From Schlesneria sp. (lineage in GTDB: Bacteria; Planctomycetota; Planctomycetia; Planctomycetales; Planctomycetaceae): DNA of 54,415 nucleotides. Below are positions 50,982-54,415 of the stretch, one piece after another. Both the position numbers and the translations under genes were made by a program. The stretch covers positions 1-54,415 of the forward strand of contig JBIKZJ010000001.1 in assembly GCA_044354755.1 (NCBI GenBank), in the 5' to 3' direction. Below the pieces are notes generated by a model. That model saw only the letters and a program-made list of their open reading frames with translations. It had not been told where the DNA came from and did no database searches. The number at the start of each line of letters is the position of its first letter. The stretch's first letter is position 1.

Positions 50982-51857
50982 TCACTGCGATACCCGAGCC
51001 AACGACCTGCGAAACACCTCCAGGAATCCCAGCATCCGGCCCAAATTCCAGGCCATCAGGTTTCCCGCCAGTACCCCCTGCAGCAGGGCCGACTGGAACA
51101 GTGACGAACCCCTCGCAGACATCGTCAGACGAAATGCCCTGAGACACTCGGCCTTTGTCAGAGGGCGCGAGGCAACCAGCTGGCCGTAATGGCGATGGCT
51201 GCGGCCATAAGTGAACGTTTTCCAATAGTACGTCATCAACGAGCTCATTTCGGCATGAACAATGCGCATGCTCGGCACGTAAGCGACGACTTGAAACCCC
51301 TCCCCATCGACGACTCGGCGCAGGAAAATCGTATCCGACCCCCGTTCTCGTTCGAGGAAGGGACCGTACTGATCAAGTGTCCGCCTCCGCACGGCCATGT
51401 TGTTGGTGAACGCATAATAAGCCTGGACTTCGGTCGAGCCGATGATCGCCGCTACCTTGTTGTCTTCGTAGTCGGAAATCAGTCCAATTAAGCCGATGTC
51501 GGGGCGGGGGCGACGGCTCCCCAGCTGTATCTGGATTTGTGCATCCTCAAAACCCGTTTCGATAGACCGCAGCCAGTTTCGCGAGAGCATGCAGTCCGAG
51601 TCGGTGAACGCAAGGATCTTCCCTCGGGCCACACTCACCCCTCGGTTCCTCGCCGCATACGAACCCTGCTTCGTCTCCGTCAAAACAACAACCCCCTCCG
51701 CTTGCTCCAGGATGCGCCGGGAATCATCCTGCGAGTTGTTGTCGACCATGATGATCTCATACTGATCGGCAGGGTAATCCTGACTCTTCAGCGCCGCGAT
51801 ACATTCCGGGAGGAATTTTGCCGTGTTGTAGACAGGAACCACAATCGAAAAGTGCAT
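50982..51857 (-). CDS. Glycosyltransferase family 2
   Basis: FSIVVPVYN; EIIMVDNNSQD; GSYAARNRG; AFTDSDC. Confidence 0.9.
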   Translation of the reverse strand: MHFSIVVPVYNTAKFLPECIAALKSQDYPADQYEIIMVDNNSQDDSRRILEQAEGVVVLTETKQGSYAARNRGVSVARGKILAFTDSDCMLSRNWLRSIETGFEDAQIQIQLGSRRPRPDIGLIGLISDYEDNKVAAIIGSTEVQAYYAFTNNMAVRRRTLDQYGPFLERERGSDTIFLRRVVDGEGFQVVAYVPSMRIVHAEMSSLMTYYWKTFTYGRSHRHYGQLVASRPLTKAECLRAFRLTMSARGSSLFQSALLQGVLAGNLMAWNLGRMLGFLEVFRRSLARVSQ

Positions 51858-51882
51858 GGAAAACTTCGCATAAAGCTTGTGT

Positions 51883-52704
51883 TTAAGGGGCAATTCCGGA
51901 GTCGGTGCGCGGGATCATTGTATAGGCAAGTCGCGCCCAATAGAGGCCGAGGAAACCGCGATAACGAAGAGTCCGACCCGTGAACGTTTCGTCCTGCAGC
52001 CTTCCTCCCAGCCTGATACGGCTCGCACGGAGTGGAAGGGCGACCACGGATGAGCGACCGCAACGGAGCGCGTACATCAACAATTCCTCGGCCTCAAGTG
52101 GTTGGCGCGTCCGTCGGCAATAGTTCTCGAGCAGCATACCACGATGGGCGTAAAGCGGCGCTGCGGCCCGTCCGCAGATCGCAAACCGGTCATTGCATCC
52201 ATACCACCATTGCCAGCCGGGTAAAGCACAGACCTTGGGGTGGTGGAATGCATAACGGATGACGTCCATCTCGATCGGGTCATGATATTGGAGGTCGGAA
52301 CGGGCATACACGACGACATCCGGATCTGCTGACATGGCAAGAGCCCCTACCTCAGCCAGCGAATGGAGTTGCAGCAGCAGATTACGGATCGACTTCCCGC
52401 CGTCGCCATAGCGGTCCCCCCGCTGCTGTAAGGCGTTGTACATCGGGGTATTAGTCACGTCCGGCGGTGATTCGAGACGCCCCTCGTAATTCCGTACGAA
52501 ATCGTAGTTGGCGGGATCAAGCTCGCCGAACTCGCCGGAGCGAGGGTTGTCGATCCGCTGCTGAAGAAAGAGATGATAATAAACCCTCACTTCAGCCCAT
52601 TCTCGGAGCGGTGCGATGATCTGCGTTTCGATGGAGGGAGTAGCAACAGCGGAGCAACGTGGAAGCCCATACAAAGCAACGGCAACTTTCGGACGACGAT
52701 TCAT
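51883..52704 (-). CDS. Hypothetical polysaccharide-locus protein (possible GT-A-like fold)
   Basis: VAVALYGLPR..YARSDL..NDRFA pattern as seen in glycan-cluster hypotheticals. ATGA overlap with the upstream methyltransferase. Confidence 0.55.
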   Translation of the reverse strand: MNRRPKVAVALYGLPRCSAVATPSIETQIIAPLREWAEVRVYYHLFLQQRIDNPRSGEFGELDPANYDFVRNYEGRLESPPDVTNTPMYNALQQRGDRYGDGGKSIRNLLLQLHSLAEVGALAMSADPDVVVYARSDLQYHDPIEMDVIRYAFHHPKVCALPGWQWWYGCNDRFAICGRAAAPLYAHRGMLLENYCRRTRQPLEAEELLMYALRCGRSSVVALPLRASRIRLGGRLQDETFTGRTLRYRGFLGLYWARLAYTMIPRTDSGIAP

Positions 52705-53471
52705 GTCAGGACCGCCTTGGGACCAATCAAGCCAATTTCAATGCCGCGCGGCGACACGTCGAACACCCGGAAGCCCGCCGAACGCAACCGCTGCAAAGCG
52801 TCTCGTGTCAGCTGAACCGCGTCCCTGGTACCCGGCATACGGTGGTGAAATTCGACAAGCAGTTGGTCGATCCGATCGGACAGCGAGACCAGCTCGTCGA
52901 TGACATCGTATTCTGAGCCTTCAATATCGATCTTGAGCAGCGTCAGACGGTCATGACCTCGCTCCCGCAGCAGCGACTCCAGCCGGCGGATCTGTCCGGT
53001 ACACGACTGCTTCGGTGGTTCCCGCAGCATGCCATTTCGGCAAGTGAATGACACCCCGTGGTGGCGCGGAAGCTCGAACAACACTTCGGTATCCTGGGCT
53101 CCCAGACCGACAGGATGAAAATGGAAAGCCGCGGGGAGCGTTTGCGTGGCCAGCCAATCCATCGAGATCGGAGTCGGATCGAAGGCATGCAAGTCGACCC
53201 CAAATCGGCGAATCATTTCCAGGTCAAACCCGATGTCCTTCCCCACGCCGAATGAGTAGACCACACCCCCAGTTCGGATCGCCGCCGGTGCGATCGTCCA
53301 CCTTCCGTCGCCGCGGCCGAGACGAAGTCGATGGGGGCGGACATCCCGCTGGACCCATGGTTCGCTCCCTGCAAACCGGCGTAAGTCGCGCAACAGCAGG
53401 TCGCGTATGTCGATGAGATATTGACGGGAATCAGCAAGGATTGAGTACAGGCCGTCGATGAACAGAGACAT
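52701..53471 (-). CDS. FkbM-family (Methyltransf_21/22) methyltransferase
   Basis: VYSFGVGKDIGFD; HAFDPTP; LLKIDIEGSEY; QLLVEFH. Start placed at ATG 53471. Confidence 0.85.
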   Translation of the reverse strand: MSLFIDGLYSILADSRQYLIDIRDLLLRDLRRFAGSEPWVQRDVRPHRLRLGRGDGRWTIAPAAIRTGGVVYSFGVGKDIGFDLEMIRRFGVDLHAFDPTPISMDWLATQTLPAAFHFHPVGLGAQDTEVLFELPRHHGVSFTCRNGMLREPPKQSCTGQIRRLESLLRERGHDRLTLLKIDIEGSEYDVIDELVSLSDRIDQLLVEFHHRMPGTRDAVQLTRDALQRLRSAGFRVFDVSPRGIEIGLIGPKAVLT

Positions 53472-53932
53472 AAACGATTCCCGACTTCTCTGCGACAAAG
53501 CGACTGGTAGGTGTTGGGGAAAGCCAATCGGTATGAATGCAAACCGCGCCATTTTCGGATTGAGTATAGCAGGGGGCGTTTTACTCGGTCGAGTCAATTG
53601 CCATATTGGATTCGCCTTAGCCGTAACACGTCGACCGATCAATTCATCAAAGGCCAATCCAACCCTCGTTTTTAATCGAGACCAGTGTCTAGTCATCCCT
53701 GAGTATCTGTAGAGTTGATCACGACGTTCCTCATCAGCGACTCTGACATCGTGATGGCGTTTGAGCGTCAGTCCAACGTGAACATCACGGCTACCGTCGG
53801 TGTTCATCACCCGATCCGCAGCCAGTATGCCTACTCCAATATCGCGAAACTGCGGTGGTCCTGACAGAGTTTTCGCCCAATCAGTCGGTATCAGCCCCGA
53901 GTATGTCAGCAGCAACCGAGAGGATTCTTCGT

Positions 53933-54240
53933 TCAGCTTGACTTCTTCGGGGCGCGGAAAAGTATCCAGCGGTCAGGCGGACCTGCTTCCTGCTCCGTCT
54001 CCAGATATGCCAACTCCCCAGCGAGACACGAGAGGATTGACGGCAAGCCAAACCCGACTGCAATTGCGAGTGCCTCATCGAGCGGCAGCATTTTACGGTC
54101 GATTTCGTCGCTCAGGGAAATTGCGTAACAAGAATTCTTTGCTCCCCGATCCATGAGTTCTCGACGAATCTCGGCACGATTCGAGTTTGGGGTCGGGAGT
54201 TCGATGACGAAGCGGGGATCAAGGTATTCAAGAGCCTGAT
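53933..54240 (-). pseudogene. 5'-truncated conserved hypothetical gene fragment
   Basis: LDPRFVIEL..RGAKNSCYAIS..LPLDEAL..SILSCLAGELAYLETE reads as a globular protein. Upstream the frame runs into 11-bp repeats and the transposase leader with no credible start. Confidence 0.45.
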
Positions 54241-54244
54241 GTGG

Positions 54245-54301
54245 CGTGGGGAGACCGTGGGGAGACCGTGGGGACACTGCGTGGGGAGACCGTGGGGACA
54301 C
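54245..54301. repeat. Five copies of the 11-mer CGTGGGGA(G/C)AC at the element junction
   Basis: Copies start at 54245, 54256, 54267, 54280 and 54291. The last contains the GGGACAC end motif. Confidence 0.85.
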
Positions 54302-54415
54302 TGAGCTGACTTGAAATTGCGTTGCGATTTTGCTTAAATTGGCAGGATCAGCGGTTTTGATCTGTTTTGATTTGGAGCGGAATGATGGCGAGGATGGCAC
54401 GAGCGGAAGTGTTTG
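54295..54415 (+). mobile_element. End motif, promoter and N-terminal fragment of a second putative HUH/Y1 transposase; runs off the window
   Basis: GGGACAC (54295), TTGAAA-17 nt-TTAAAT (54311-54339), then GATTTGGAGCGGAATG-ATG (54385) reading MARMARAEVF. Homologous to 156..1 on the minus strand. Confidence 0.55.

Noticed and set aside
54245-54301. CRISPR array (also considered for 44618-44705)
   Set aside because: The units are 7-11 bp, abut without unique spacers, and no cas genes are present.
1-54415. A 54-kb composite transposon bounded by the two transposase copies
   Set aside because: The interior holds core genes (ruvB, ribF, rdgB), and the two copies are diverged and face outward. Independent insertions that broke the assembly are more parsimonious.

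Overview
This is a 54.4 kb window from a Planctomycetota genome. The assignment rests on the DUF1501 and DUF1549/DUF1553 genes, a PVC-type CxxCH protein, a planctomycete-type ECF sigma factor and a kinase-STAND-FGE protein. The backbone is housekeeping or lineage-typical: MscK-like channel, FIST protein, ribF, HTH-receiver regulator, Secretin_N-repeat protein, pxpBCA, hydrolases, renalase-like oxidoreductase, rdgB, beta-CASP nuclease, ruvB, YitT and a small glycan-modification cassette. Six things stand out. (1) Both window ends carry outward-facing N-termini of the same putative HUH/Y1 (RAYT-like) transposase family, with a shared ungapped 90-nt leader starting GGGACAC and damaged genes at both junctions. 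(2) A translationally coupled, truncated dGTPase plus Pol-beta-type nucleotidyltransferase pair lies between two tandem glycosidase-like paralogs and may be an undescribed defence cassette. (3) A roughly 280-nt structured RNA lies upstream of ruvB, with a 6S-like domain plus a multibranch domain. (4) The HTH-receiver gene has a hairpin-rich leader. (5) The ECF sigma gene is interrupted by one nonsense codon. (6) A heptamer-repeat palindrome sits between convergent genes. No rRNA, canonical tRNA or CRISPR array was seen. All family calls come from motif recognition by eye; no database searches were run.
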